NCBI GenBank assembly: GCA_001029775.1
Contig: CP011215.1
Coordinates: 32,148-96,147 of the forward strand
Source: Candidatus Campbellbacteria bacterium GW2011_OD1_34_28
GTDB lineage: Bacteria; Patescibacteriota; Minisyncoccia; Phycocordibacterales; UBA12079
Length of the DNA: 64,000 nt
Direction: 5' to 3'
Shown here: in pieces, positions 63,163 to 64,000 of the stretch
How positions within the stretch are numbered: the first letter of the stretch is position 1
Layout: the number at the start of each line of letters is the position of its first letter
Position numbers and translations under genes: made by a program
The notes under the pieces: model-generated
Seen by the model: only the letters and a program-made list of their open reading frames with translations
Databases searched by the model: none
Told to the model about the DNA's origin: nothing

Positions 63163-64000
63163 TCACTTGGAAACAGGGTTTCCAAGTAGATTGTTAAAGA
63201 CTTTTTGCTTCATATCATTAGCAATAATATTCCAATCATATTTTTCAAATACCATTTTTTTGGCAGTAGCAACAACAATCTTTACATTTTCAGGACTATT
63301 TAAAATATCTTTTATCGTCTCTGCAATTTGCTCGGGGCTTCTCTTGTCTACTGCCCAACCCGTCGCCTGCTTGTCAGGATTTCTCTTTGCGTCAAACAAA
63401 AAATCAGCTATACCACCCTCTTGTGTAGCGATTACAGGAATTTCACAAGCCATTGCTTCAACAAAAGAATTACCAAATCCTTCGGAAAGAGCAGGGCGAA
63501 TAAAAATATCTGATATTCTCAAATATTTTGGCATTTCTTTGTGACTAACAAGCCCTAAAAATTTTACGCGATTTTCAACACCTTCTGTTTTTGCAAGACT
63601 CATCAAATCTTCTTTGTCCGGACCTTCACCCAATACAACAAATTTTATATTTTCTGGTAAATATTTTAATGATTTAATAACATCGTCAACGGCATTTTTC
63701 AAAACAAGTCTGGATGTTGTGATCATAAATTTGTCACCTTCTTTTTTATCCAATTTTTTCTTCAATTCACCCAAATCACTTTCAGAATAAATTTGTGAAA
63801 AATGTTTTGTATCAACCGCATTGGGAACAATTTCTACTTTTCCCTCAAAACCCATATCTTTTGCCCAAAATCCTAAATAGTTTGAAATCGCCTGAATAAC
63901 ATCGGCTTTTGTAAAGATTTTTACAAACAAAGGATACACAAACCTAACCTTTCTTTTTATATAATCAATTGGGTCGCCTTCTTGAAGTGTTAGTAGGTAT
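63163..64000 (-). CDS. Glycosyltransferase family 4 (5' end beyond the window)
   Basis: The reading frame stays open past 63939 to the window edge (...YLLTLQEGDPIDYIKRKVRFVYPLFVK...). The C-terminal domain has SEGFGNSFVEAMACEIPVIAT, the GT4 EX7E region. The track's M at 63939 is a GTG inside the gene. Confidence 0.7.
   Translation of the reverse strand, partial: YLLTLQEGDPIDYIKRKVRFVYPLFVKIFTKADVIQAISNYLGFWAKDMGFEGKVEIVPNAVDTKHFSQIYSESDLGELKKKLDKKEGDKFMITTSRLVLKNAVDDVIKSLKYLPENIKFVVLGEGPDKEDLMSLAKTEGVENRVKFLGLVSHKEMPKYLRISDIFIRPALSEGFGNSFVEAMACEIPVIATQEGGIADFLFDAKRNPDKQATGWAVDKRSPEQIAETIKDILNSPENVKIVVATAKKMVFEKYDWNIIANDMKQKVFNNLLGNPVSK

Noticed and set aside
1-64000. Alternative genetic code (UGA recoding, as in some CPR lineages).
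   Set aside because: All conserved proteins (SecA, enolase, PpsA, IF-3, L20) are full length under the standard code with no in-frame UGA needed.
1-64000. tRNA and rRNA genes.
   Set aside because: No GTTCRANYC T-loop-type motifs or cloverleaf-compatible GC-rich 75-nt blocks were seen in the intergenic spaces. A tRNAscan run would be needed to be certain.

Overview
This is a low-GC (about one third GC), compact stretch of bacterial chromosome with almost every gene on the minus strand. It has Shine-Dalgarno sites, the standard genetic code and many rho-independent terminators. The overall look (small genome style, giant surface proteins, large glycosylation island) resembles a Candidate Phyla Radiation / Patescibacteria-type organism, but that is an inference. 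The window splits into three blocks. (a) Housekeeping genes: an inner-membrane protein of the CreD family (truncated by the window edge), uracil-DNA glycosylase family 4, infC-rpmI-rplT, ndk, map, adk, obg, D-2-hydroxyacid dehydrogenase, eno, ppsA, glycerate kinase, PIF1-type helicase, secA and murB. (b) A surface-protein block of about 21 kb: two tandem paralogous giant proteins (1089 and about 2150 aa) built like phage tail fibres, a third 2228-aa FN3-rich giant protein, and an ABC transporter of the MacB/FtsX type. (c) A surface-glycan island of more than 20 kb: an O-antigen-ligase-like protein fused to TPR repeats, a Wzx flippase, NeuB-like and NeuA-like nonulosonic-acid genes, a radical SAM/SPASM protein, methyltransferases, a pyruvyl transferase and at least eight glycosyltransferases. 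Unexplained structure includes a family of GC-rich intergenic elements dense in hairpins (five copies, one of them in-frame inside a giant gene). There is also an unidentified GC-rich structured ncRNA candidate with its own promoter and terminator. Tandem CTTTATAAA 9-mers sit beside terminators, and imperfect heptanucleotide tandem tracts sit inside two glycosyltransferase genes. No tRNA, rRNA, CRISPR array, transposase or integrase was seen.
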